DNA of 64,000 nt from Callorhinchus milii. Its lineage: Eukaryota. The translations under genes and the position numbers were made by a program. A model generated the notes under the pieces. The model saw only the letters and a program-made list of their open reading frames with translations, ran no database searches and was not told the DNA's origin. Below, piece by piece: positions 12,301-23,535 of the stretch (within the stretch, counting starts at the first letter, position 1; the number at the start of each line of letters is the position of its first letter). Where the stretch lies: positions 7,316,001 to 7,380,000 of the forward strand of contig NW_024704759.1 in assembly GCF_018977255.1 (NCBI RefSeq), in the 5' to 3' direction.

Positions 12301-14384
12301 AAAGAGCTTTTTGTCTCTAGGCAAAGAGGTCAGAGCACTTGGTTGGCCTGTGTGAAATGAAACGGAAATCCAGGAGTTCCCTGCCTTTTAATTTACTTTC
12401 TCATTCACCAGAGGTCAAGGTAGCCCTCAACCCAGCAAATGCTGCTCTGTTTAATCACTTGTGAAATTCCAATTTTTTAATCCAATCTCCCAATTAAAGC
12501 GTCCTATCTATTGGCTCACTGCGCACTTGAGTAAGGAGCACACAGGGGCCAGGACACGATCTCTCCATGAGCCCTCACTGGGCAGGGAATGGCTGCCTTC
12601 TGAAAATCGAAAGCAAATGCGTACATTATTATCAATAATAACAATAATAATCCTTACCTTTTGTATAGTGCCTTTCAGGTCAAGAGGATGTCCCAAAACG
12701 CTTCACGGGATTTGCTGTAACCAATTTGTAATATGGCGTTGTCCCCAAACAACTAATTATTTTATTTGGGGGATTGATACCCGGGACACTTTTAGAATCC
12801 CTTTTTTTTCAAAGAGTGCCATGGGATTTTTAACACGCAGCTGAACAGACAGACTAATTGAATTCAGAAATAAGGAATGGATTTCGACTTTTCTCTCTTG
12901 CGGCCATCGCTGTGCAGATGCAACCTTTCATAGGCAGATGCCACTTGTTTTAAATGCTGAACCGAAAGAGTTTATGCCCCAAACGAAAGCCTCCAGTTTA
13001 TCTGCAGCTATAGCTTAATCCGCAAAATTTTAACTGGCAAAAAAGCTCATCAATATCTGTTATGAGTCACAATCCTGTGCAAATGGTTGGCATGGTTACA
13101 GAGCACAAGCGGCTGAACTCGAGCCATTCTATGCCGAATGCACTGCGTTAAGGGTAGACATGGTTCCTCCAGGTGGTACGAGATGACTTCAATAGGCTTC
13201 ACCCCAAACTCCCCAACCCGCTCCCCGGCCCCATGACCTGAACATGAGATTCGGGTTGAAGACGTGGTATAAATAACCAGAATATTTAAAGGGAATTGTA
13301 CGCACAGGGATTTCCTTGTTCTCCGTCCATTCTGATAGACCTACTACCGTTTTCTCTCTGTTTGTATGGGAATCGCAAATTGTTCATTCTAAGTGTAAAC
13401 TACATTGGAAGTCCTGATTCAAATCAGTGCCTTATTGGCTCTGTTGATTCTTTGGGGTCAATCTTGCGCTAATTGCTACCTGTCCGGGGAGACATTTTAA
13501 AGATTTTTTTAAAAAGATCCCGCAGAGCTATTTTGAAAGAAACTGAGGTTTTTTTTCCTCGGTGTCCTGCAAACAAAGTTGTTTATTTCAAGAACAAATT
13601 AGATAGATTTCTGCTAGAAAATAATATCTCAGGATACAGTATATAGTTTGGGACACGGCATGTCAATCGACTACCAGGAACTTGTGTTCTTAACAATTCC
13701 CAGATCAATTGGTCATTCACTCCCTGGCTGTTTGTGGGGCACTGCTGTGCACAAATAGGTTACTGCGTTTGCCTACAAAATATACAGTCATTTTGCTTTG
13801 TAGCAATTACCAGTGAAGCACTTTGAGACATTTCAAAGTTACAGGTACTAAATTAAATTCAATGGTTATTTTTTGGTGGGGGAGTGACATTATTTGTTGT
13901 TTCAGATAATCTCTGAACCAATTATTAATGCATTGGATGAGAAGTGGACATGACAGCCTCTCCAATGGGCAGGTTGTAAACAAGAGTGGTTCATGCCCCT
14001 AGTTATCAGTGACTGTCATTATATGCAATATTAAGAAATTCAGATGAATTATAATAATAATCCTTACATTTGATAAACCACCTTTCACGTCAGGAGGACA
14101 TTCTAAAGGACTTCACAGGTTAATTATTAGCAAAAATACCCCGGAGAAACGTTTATGCAATGACTGATATTGCCAATGCTCTCATTACCTCCTTCATCCT
14201 ATACTTTGTCCTTTTACTGTGCGTTATAATTAATTTTGTGTATATGTAGGAATGTAAATTAGATCCAATTAAAACTTCAATCTACTATTTTATTAACCTT
14301 CTGAGGATGTTCCAAGCTCTGTAAAGACCCTGTTCAGTTTCTGAGTTGGCAACTCTGTCCTCCATCAAACCATAAAAATGAACA

Positions 14385-14600
14385 GCATAGAAGAAGGCCG
14401 TTCATCCCATTGTGTCTGTGCCCTTTTAAAGAGCAATCCTTTCAGTCCCAGTTGCCTGTCCTTTCCCCATTACCCAGTAGTTTACGCCTTTTGAGATATG
14501 TTACTCATTCCCTTTTGAAATGTAATATGGATTCAGCCTCAACCATTGCTCTTGGCAGGGCATTCCACATCCGAACTGTGTGCGGAAATAATTGTCCTCA
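14385..14600 (-). mobile_element. Degraded CR1 3' fragment
   Basis: catagaagaaggcc...cccattgtgtctgtgc and ggcagggcattccaca motifs. Confidence 0.65.
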
Positions 14601-14609
14601 CCTCCCATT

Positions 14610-15019
14610 CCCAATCCCCTACCTACCTGCCCGTACCCTCCGTTCCTCTGGCTCCGGTCTGCTCCACGTCCCCCGCCCCAATCGCCCTACCGTTGGTGGT
14701 CGGGCCTTCAGCCTCTCAGCCCCGAGGCTCTGGAACTCTATCCCCCAGTGCCTTCGCCGCCTCCTCTCTTTCCTCCTTCAAGGCCGGTCTCAAAACCTTT
14801 ATCTTTGACCGAGCCTTCAGCTCCCCTCTCGACTCTCTTCCCCCTTCTCGCTCCCTCCCATCCCTCCCCTCACCCTGACCATTTCCCCCTCCTCGCTCCC
14901 TCCCCTCACCCTGACCATTTCCCCCCTGCTCGGGTCATGACCCAACTGTGCAGCGCCTTGGGACGTCCTCCTGTATTGAAAGGCGCTTTATAAATGGAAT
15001 CTTGTTGTTGTTGTTGTTG
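14610..15019 (+). mobile_element. L2 LINE 3' end, relatively well preserved, with an internal tandem duplication
   Basis: YLPARTLRSSGSGLL...VGGRAFSLSAPRLWNSIP...SFKAGLKTFIF; duplicated ccctcccctcaccctgaccatttccccc unit; (GTT)n tail. Confidence 0.9.
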
Positions 15020-15634
15020 CTGGTTTGCCAGCTATCATAAATTGATGCCCTCACGTCACTGTTTGTTTTACCAAGTGTAGTGAATCTTGAGTGTTTACTC
15101 ACTCACTCACAGACGTGCTGCATTTGGAAAGTTTTGCTCAGTTTTGCTTTGTTCTGCTTTCTGCAGAAATCAGATTAGACAGAGACCATTTGGTCCATTG
15201 AGTCGGTGCCTGAACTGAATTGCATATGTAATTCAATGTGCTGATTATCAGAGAAGTTGCACCCTGCAAGGTTCATGGTGATGGTATTTAGGTTTTGTTT
15301 GAATTATTAAAGAAGGTTTACAATGAATTCAAACAATCTTGTCACATTCCTGAGCCTTTTAGTTATTGTGCGGTTGATGATGGCAAATGTAATGGCAATG
15401 GCAATTTGTCTTACACCCTGCCTGACGGTAATTACACCAGCAAAATGTTAAAGTAATAATAATCCTTCTGTTTGATAAGGTGTCCTTCACATCTGGAGGA
15501 CATCTCAAAGAGTTTCACAAAATTTTTAATGCAAAGTGTTGTAACTGTATTTTTTCGGTGAATACCAATTTGCTCATAGCAGTGTCCCTCAAAGCCATGA
15601 TGTGAGTGACCAACTTTATCTGGTGGGATTGTTG

Positions 15635-16997
15635 AATCATACAAGTATACAGCACAGAAGGAGGCCATTTGGCCCATTGTGTTTGTGCCAGCTCTTTGAA
15701 AAGCCCCTGTTTTCTCCCCATAACCCAGCAAACTTGTCCTCCCCAAATAATTATCTGCTTCGCTCCTAAAAGTTGTTATCGAATCGGCTTCCACCACCCT
15801 TTCAGGCAATGCATTCCAGATCCTAACAACTCACAGTGTGAAAAAATTCTCTTCACCTGCCCTCTATGGTCTATAGTTTTCACCTAACGGTAACAGTTCC
15901 TTTTCGGCTCCTTAACTCTGACCAAATAGATTCTATTTTTGGATCCTTTAGCACATCGTCCCTTTCCAGGGCCGTAACCATGTCTTTAATTAATATTGCC
16001 ACCCCACCACCTTGTATTCAGGAGGGATAGGGAAGGAATAAATCGTAACCAGGAATATTCAGCTCCCATTCCTGTCCTTGTTTGAGCCAGGTCTCCGTTA
16101 TGTCCACTACATCATAACCCCATGTGGCAACTTGAGCCTGCAGCTCCCCAATCTTATTTGTCACACTTTGCACCTACGCACATGCACTCCAGGAACGACT
16201 TTACATGTTCTGCATTTCTCCTCCATCTAGTCCCTCTTTTTTCTGGATTACTCCTTATTACATTGCTATTCGTCTCTTCCAACCATGCATTCATGTGTTT
16301 GATCCTGCTGTTTTGATACTCACTTGCACAAGGCACTGGTAGCAATCCAGAGACAACCACCTTTAAGGTCCTACTCCTTAGCTTTTTCCCTAGCTTCAGT
16401 TACTCTCCCTGTAGATCTCAACCCTTGTTTTCCCTATGTCATGGATCCCTGGATGTTCCCCTTCCCTCTGTAGAACGCTTTGCACCTGTTCCGTGATGTC
16501 TTCAACCCTGGTACCAGGCAGGCAACATACCATGCAAGAGTCACGTCCTTGGTTGCAGAAATGCCTGTTTACTTTCATCATTGTGTCCCCAGTGACAATT
16601 GCATTAACACTTTTCCCCGTGTCCCCCTGTCCATCTGTTTGCTTTTGATTCCCCTACCCAGAGATGTCATCACTCTTTCCGGTATTCAGTACAGAGAACC
16701 AGTTTGTGAGTGCCACACGCTCAGGGGATTTCTGCACTGCCCGTCCCCTCTTCCATACCACCCCACTCACTCTCCTTCTGTGGCTGTGGGGTGACCACCT
16801 CCTGAACTGTTCGATCCATGAACTCGTCAGCATCCCGTATGCTATGTAATGACACCAGCCTCTCCTAAAGCTCAGAAACTGAGCTCAAGCCCGAGTTGCC
16901 GGAGGCACTTCCTACACACATATCCGTCCAGAGCACACAAAGCATCCTGGAGTTCACACATTGTGCATGCAACAGGTCTCAGGTGTCCTGCCATATT
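15635..16997 (-). mobile_element. Internally deleted CR1 LINE: ORF1 zinc finger and esterase, start of ORF2 endonuclease, 3' end
   Basis: Minus strand: MAGHLRPVACTMC...YVCRKC; DSCMVCCLPGTRVEDI; VVSGLLPVPCASEYQNSRIKHMNAWLE; ITETWL, GGGVAILIK and YRP endonuclease motifs; then WNALPERVVEADSITTF and the 3' UTR. Confidence 0.85.
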
Positions 16998-17794
16998 CTC
17001 AGACATTTTTTATATTATTTTAATATGACATATATTTTATAATTATGCACCTCTTTCCCACTCTGCACCGAATTCCCACTCTCACCAAATTTCTTAACAG
17101 AATTCTCACTCTGTTCCACCTCACTCAGTTCCCTCCTCACTCTGCTCAAGAGAGCCCAGCAGCATGTCCTTTTGGCTTGGACACCGGGAGAAACTCCCTT
17201 CTCTTTTTGAATAGTGCCATCTTTAACTGATCTTTAACGTCCACCTCAACAGACAGAACCTTCGATTACGTATGTTTAGGTGCGCTCAGATATTCCTGAG
17301 ATGCAACTAACTTGTCTAGATCTGGCAATAATAATAAATTGTATTTATATAGCGCCTTTCATAACGCGAACAAGTCCCAAGGTGCTGGACAGTCAATGGT
17401 TTGCATCCCAGCTGAGGACCGGAATCAAGAGGTGTGAAGGATAAGGCACGTTGTGGTGCAAAGATGACCAAAGGTTCAATCATGCACAATACAGCATGCG
17501 GAGGGCCCTCTGACAGAGCAGTTAAACAGCTTAGCAAGGTCATGGCATCCAGCAAACCTACAAACAGGTGGAGCTTCACTAGCCTGGAGCATGGAGTCGA
17601 ATGATTTATCTTTCCCAGGGCATAGCATTTTATTAGCTTTTGGTCTAACGGAACCATTCCATCTGCAGCTTGAAGCTTCTCTGAACAGAAGGCTGTGTTT
17701 GAAAGTGATCATTTGTGCCTGGTTATTGGGAGAGATGTCATTGCTTTGAGCATGAGGTGATACCACAGGAGTATTCGAGGAAAAGGCAGAAGTC

Positions 17795-17958
17795 TTCAGT
17801 CTTACGGGACATCGGTTTTATGTCTCATCCAAAGGATGGCACTTCCCATAGCATAGCACAGCCCTGGACTGCCCAGAGGATATGAGTTCTAAGTCCCAAA
17901 GTGGGAATTGATCCCAGGGCTTTCTGACTCAGAGGCGAGAGTGCTACCAGCTGAGACA
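17795..17958 (-). mobile_element. SacSINE1-like DeuSINE 5' part
   Basis: tctcatccaaaggatggcac...tctgactcagaggcgagagtgctaccagctgag. Confidence 0.7.
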
Positions 17959-18689
17959 GGCTGACCCTCTAGTGATTGTCTGGGTCCACCCAATGTGCCA
18001 AGGGCCCCATTGCCAATCCCAGCACAAATGGATGCTTTATTGAGAACCATAGCTGGGTGCATTTCTTCAGAATAGAAAAATTCTCTTGATAAAGCTAATG
18101 CACTGTGCGATGACAATTAATAGGGACTGTGTAAGGCTGCATAAGATCTAGGAACTGGATGCAGGCAAATTGATCAAAGAACTTTCTTAGCCTTTCTATC
18201 AAATAGCGCTCCGAGATGCTATCCCACGTGAAAAGCGCTATTTGAATGCTTGTTGTTGGGTTGCCCGTTTGAGCCTCTTCTCAGCATCCAACTTCGGATG
18301 ACGTGTTAAACCAACAGTCCGTGTCTGTTCAAGTGGACTTCAAAAATCCTGGGACTCCATTGGAAAAATGTGTCCAGGCCAACAATCCCGCAGATAAAAT
18401 CGATCATTCACTTCTTGCAGTTTGTGGGACATTCCTGTGCGAAATTGGCAGCTGCATTGGTGGCAAAAATAATAAATTGGTGGCACTTCACAATAAATCA
18501 CATGAAGTGCTTTGCGACATCCTCCTGATATGAAACAGGTTGTATAAATGCAACTTGTTGTCGCTGCTGTTGTTGTGATAAGGCGCACTATTAACTGCCA
18601 GGTATTAGATATCCCTGGCATTTAATAGTGCGCCTTATCACAATAGCTTGAATGAATAGAGGTTTAAAACAAAAAGTGGACTTCTATAT

Positions 18690-18842
18690 TGTGTATATGT
18701 ATATATAATATATATATACATGCACTGTGTGTGTGTCTTCCTGACGTGAAAGGCGCTATACAAATGCAATTTGTCAGTTGCGTGTATATATAATGCACGA
18801 CTGTGTGTGTGTGTATATATATTTGTGTATATATACATATTT
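18690..18842. repeat. (TA)n/(TG)n microsatellites around an L2-type tail
   Basis: Directly visible dinucleotide runs flanking ctgacgtgaaaggcgctatacaaatgc. Confidence 0.8.
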
Positions 18843-19477
18843 TTTAATTAATTTTTGTGCAAAAGCAGCCAGAGTACTGAGAGGGTTAAAGTGGTCTGTT
18901 TTCAATTCATACAGCATATTTCGAGGAACCCAATTGTGAATACATGCAAACAGCCTGGCACATATATTTAGTGGGTGATGCTGATAATCGAGAGCTCTGT
19001 GTGTGAAAAATAAATCGGCCTGCTTCTTTTCTGGTTAGAAATAGCTTGCTACATGCGACAGAAATGTTCAGCTTCTCCTGTTAATTTCTTGTGATTCTGA
19101 GCTCATTTAATGATGCTGTGCGCTGTGTAGCAATGCTGGTTAGGGATGTGGAAAAGGTGCCTGGAGGCTCTTGTGGAAAGCCCTCCTCTTCCTCCACCTC
19201 TCCCTCTCTCTCTCTCTCTGTCTCTTCTCTCTGCCCTCCCCTCCCCTCACACACACACACAGATAATGCCTAGTGCATACATGATGAATTCAGTCAGGTT
19301 GAGCTCGCTGCTGTTGTGTGTGTGAGCTGAGGTGCTCTCTCTGCAGTGCAGTCTCATCTTCTGTTTTGTGGCTAGAGAGAAGGGACCTGACTGCATCTTG
19401 AAGGCTCTGGTCCTCATCTCCATTCATTCTTATCCCAGATCCACATTTGCCCAGGATCTCGATCAGCCAGGAAAACA

Positions 19478-19529
19478 ATGATGAATAATTTGAATGAATG
19501 CGAGGAAGGGGATGGAGGTACAAACCAGG
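19478..19529 (+). CDS. SLC12A5: First coding exon (exon 1b, KCC2b isoform) of neuronal K-Cl cotransporter KCC2
   Basis: ATG in AAAACAATGA context; 17 codons MMNNLNECEEGDGGTNQ plus one G, then a canonical GTGAGT donor at 19530 (phase 1). 11 of 17 residues are identical to the human KCC2b N-terminus MLNNLTDCEDGDGGANP, with the same length up to the shared GDGNPKES sequence. Confidence 0.9.
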
Positions 19530-19697
19530 GTGAGTGCCGGCGTTCTGTCTTGTTGCTTCTGTCAAGCATTTGCCTGTGTTTTGTGTCCGGGGAAAGCCGG
19601 GAATGCACACGCATAGATAAATACAAGCACACGCATAAGCACAGATACGCAGGCAGCCTGGTGCTGTGTGTTTTAATACCGTATCCCGGTTATATTC

Positions 19698-19718
19698 AGG
19701 TCTGTCTGCAGTGCTGGA
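19698..19718 (-). promoter_or_regulatory. Degenerate RE1/NRSE (REST)-like site
   Basis: Minus strand reads TCCAGCACT-GC-AGACAG-ACCT versus consensus TTCAGCACC-NN-GGACAG-CGCC. It lies about 170 bp into intron 1b; mammalian KCC2 has an intronic NRSE downstream of exon 1b. Confidence 0.3.
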
Positions 19719-22254
19719 ATGTGTAGCTGTATCTGAATGTGACTGAGGTTTGCCATCGAATGTCCTCTCCACTCACGCGCTCGCTCGATGTTCGGCATTA
19801 GGCGGATTGTTGTGTAGTGCGGACACACTACAGCAGAGACGGGGTGATGGCTGTAATTCTTTGATGTGAAGGATTCAGGGAAGATGATCACTACAGGACT
19901 CCAGCTGATCCTTTACAAACCTCTCCGCTCTTTCTCAGCCTCTGAGGTTTGTGCTTGTTCACTCTGCAGGGACCGTATCAACACCCCCTGAAAATTACTC
20001 GCACACGACAGCAACCGCCTTTAAACACAAATCCCATCGAAGTTGCGCTTTAATATTAAATGGGGATGGGGGGAAGCAAAAGGATAATAAACATACAAAA
20101 GCCTAAAGTGCAGTGTGGATTTGAATGGCTTAAAACTACAGTACATCTGCTGTTAGCTCTCTGAGAGGAGAAATGGTGCAGAAATCTGCTTTGTGTTAAG
20201 CTGCTGAACGATTTTGTTTTTAAAATGTAGTGGGCAGGGGAGTCTGTTAAATGAGCTTTATTTGGAGCTGGATGTTGTATAAAAGAGCTGTGATGCTTTT
20301 ATTAAAAATTTAAATAAAGCACCATCTCTACTGCATGAACTCGTGTTGCAGGAACACACTGTACCCAGCTCCAACCTAAAAGAAAAATCTATTTTGGTCT
20401 TGGCTTTGTTTTGCTTGTAAAGAGTAGAGGTCTCACATCTGATTCAACACCAAAAGATATTCCTTTCTTCTTCTGCAACAATTGTCCCCTATTTCCCCCT
20501 CCCGTCCCGTTTATATTAAAAAAAATCCAGTACTGTTGACAACTATACAAGGATTTTATTGGTTCCTATCAGATGTAGTAAAAATCTTGCAGCGCTTTCT
20601 TGCGTTCTATAGGTTTCAATTAGGTGCAGGATCTTGCAGGGGAGAGGGGAGAAAAAAAACTAGGTTGCCAATCATGCAAGTCGTATTATATTCTGAACCC
20701 CTGTAAAGATTTCATTGTCTTGTCAGTCGGATCCCTTGGAGGATATTTTCCCAGAGTTAGTTGCTTGCTTGTCTCAGGAAATTCTCCAGTGTTGCTGTTT
20801 AACTATAAGCATATTTATGCATTGAGCCCTTAGTATTAAGTAATCTAGGTCTGTATTGAGGCTGTTCAGATGACACCCGGTTGATGGATCTTCCCGTCAA
20901 TACCAATGTTATTTGACGTAGTGTTTGATATGGCAGAGTATGAGCTGCCTCCAGTTCATGAGTTCCCTTAGTGATGGATTTGCCCCCCTACCCCTGCTTT
21001 TATGTTTTGAGAATGTATCGCAAATCTGTATTGAAAAATGTCATAATAAAGTCTCTTGTCTTCACTGCGCACCTTACTGTGATCTACAGACGTGCCGTGT
21101 CTAATGTGCGAAGAATGTCTGGTCTCTGATCACTGCATTGCAATCATTTTTGTGTCTGGGATAAATATTCAGATTAATTTGGATGCTGGATTCAAAGTTA
21201 GCTTCCTCCGAGAGCCTAAGTTTGATTCAAGAAGGTTGCTACGTAAAGAGCACAAAGATGTATTCGATTTCACCACCCCCCCTCCAACCTTGGACACTTG
21301 CCAAGCGTTGGACTAAACCGCTGTGTTATTTGGTAACCTAATCCCCTACCGTACCTTATGGAAGTGTAGAATTCAACAACCAGCAAAGTAGATGGCAGTC
21401 TGTCCCACTGCTGAAACACCAGGCAAATGGACAGCGTCATTCAATTCAGCGGGGTGACTGGACTCGTGCCCAGGACTCACTTGCTACTCGCCTAGCCAGG
21501 CTGCGGTTACTCGCTCATCAGCCTCTCACCATTTGACCCAAGGTTGCAGGACACTTGCTCATTGTTTGATGAATGCTCTGCCAGCAGGGGGTGAGACAAA
21601 TGCTCACTGTTTGCCCACCATTTGACCAGTCAGGTATGTGACACATGCTGATTTACTTGCTTCCCACTCAAATCAGCAAGGTTTGGGAATGAAGATCCCC
21701 GGCTGCCTGTCACTCGATCCATTAGGATGTCGGAAGCACACTCAATGAGTAATGCAGTAACTTCGTCCACAAAACACACAGTCACTACACTTTACAGTAC
21801 GTCCTGTGAAGTGCTTGGGACATTCTCCCAACATATCAAATGTAAGGGTTATTACAAAATGGATGCAAGCCGACATTTTTTTTCCCCCCCAAAGGTTCAG
21901 GTGACATTAAAATTCACGTGAAATACCTGGTAATTATTCAGTTTGCCTTTGTTGCCAACTCTTTGATAGGGGAAACGTTTAACGTCCCTCTCTCTAGCAT
22001 TTCTTGCAAATTAATAAAGATTCATGGATTCCATTTTAATCTATTGATGTGATTCCTTAATATAATGCCATCAAATAGCTTTGTAAAATAATTGGAAGTA
22101 GGCACTGTTGGACAGATTTGTGAGTATTTATGGGTGCGTCCGATTATACTAGTAAGGCTTAATTTAGATCTTAAATTCCTTTAAATATCTCGAAAAACAT
22201 TGTCTCACGATTAAGTCCACTACCTCCTGTGTAACTAAAACAGACTTGATCCCT

Positions 22255-22482
22255 TTATCGCAGGTAGGCTGACCACAGAGATGCTGACATTGAAATCAGT
22301 GTTCCTCTGTTAGGGAGGTGGGAAATGGCCAGAGATCTTGCGTCTGGTTCTTGTCCATTGTGCTCTTGGAATGAAGACAATGTCAGCCTTGGCTGTGGCA
22401 TCTTGCACAATGGAATAACACTGCCAACACTCACAGTGTTGACTAACACATGAAGAACGCTCACTTGAGCGAGGTGTTGGAT
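22255..22482 (+). mobile_element. AmnSINE2-like ancient SINE fragment
   Basis: ttagggagg...ttggctgtg...ctgccaacactcac...cacatgaagaacgctcacttgagcgagg resembles the AmnSINE2 consensus as I recall it, and is homologous to 27790-28115 (-). Confidence 0.55.
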
Positions 22483-22800
22483 AAGGTGTAACAAAAAGAA
22501 AAGATGTATAGGCAAAGGTAATAAAAATCTGATCGATATGTGACGAATGATGGATTAGCTGACTAAGTTAAGCAATGCTAAGACAATTGATTAATCTCCT
22601 AATAACTGGCTATATTGAAGTCCATGTTCCTTACTAATGTTTGTTTACTGCAATATTAAAACCATGAACAGTACCTGCATGTTATAAAGCATTTCATTAT
22701 TATGTGAGTTCACTTATTATGGGGTGGACCTCCACATTTACTGACCTTAAAAAATCCAAAACATGCTGACAAGCTCCATTATTGCTTCGTAACTGGCATT

Positions 22801-23030
22801 TCTGCATTGACTGCACATGCACACGGAAAGACAAAACATCGCATGATTCACGGAAGCCAAAATGATTACTCCCAGGGCATCAGATTGCCACCAATGTCAC
22901 TTCCTGATCACTGTACACGTGCAGGAAGTGATGTCAGTGGCAAACCTAATGCCAATAAAGTTGGGCAATTTGGCTTTACTGATCCAGGCAATTGTTTGTC
23001 TTTCTGCGTTCCTGTGAAGTGAATGTGGAC
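22801..23030. repeat. Long imperfect palindrome (MITE-like foldback)
   Basis: Arms of roughly 105 bp: gaaagacaaa..aagccaaa..ggcat..ttgccac..tcacttcctg pairs with caggaagtga..gtggcaa..atgcc..tttggctt..tttgtctttc. Confidence 0.75.
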
Positions 23031-23099
23031 GCACTGACTATTAACCCCCCCCCAAACCCTTTGTATCACTGATTGAAATTTTATGGACCCCAACTACAA

Positions 23100-23535
23100 C
23101 AGTAAAATAATAATAGTCCTTGCATTTGATAGAGTGTTTTTCTCATCAGGAGGCTCCCACAAAGTTCTTTGCAGTATATGCAGTAAAGTGTAGCGACGGT
23201 TAAATGCGGCAGCCAATTTGCACACAGCGATGCCGAACAAACAGCCATGAAGTGAATGAGAAATTTTATTTGGGGCATCACTGGCCAGGACACCAGGAAA
23301 AACTCTCCTTTCATTTGAATTTTGTGCCTTGCGATCTTTAACGTGCACCTATACAGACATGACCTTGGGTTAACGTCCCAGCGGTAGGATTACACTCCGA
23401 CGATGCAGCACTGCACCAGTTTTGTACTGGAGCGTCAGCCTACACTATTAACTCAAAGGGTTTACGTGGGGCTTGAACCCACATCTTTCTCTCTCAGAGG
23501 CAGCAGAGCTACCCTGACGGCTTAGCCAGGCTGTT
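23100..23535 (-). mobile_element. Near full-length SacSINE1-like DeuSINE
   Basis: Tail, Deu core (ggccaggacaccagg...gatctttaacgt) and head (ggggcttgaacccac...ctcagaggc) in reverse. Confidence 0.8.

Larger units (their letters stand above)
19000..20050 (+). promoter_or_regulatory. Putative KCC2b promoter, 5' UTR and proximal intron
   Basis: Free of recognisable transposons. CT-rich tract plus (CA)n at about 19180-19262, Inr-like TCAGT near 19290, and visibly higher CpG density from about 19440 to 20050 around the exon. Confidence 0.6.

Noticed and set aside
1-19000. KCC2a exon 1a (MSRRFTVT-like)
   Set aside because: The FTV-encoding matches I saw all lie inside SINE tails (cactttacagt); I found no ATG-led exon with a phase-1 donor.
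19530-19726. Remainder of the 82-aa ORF 19478-19726
   Set aside because: KCC2 similarity stops exactly at the GTGAGT donor; the rest is intron read-through.
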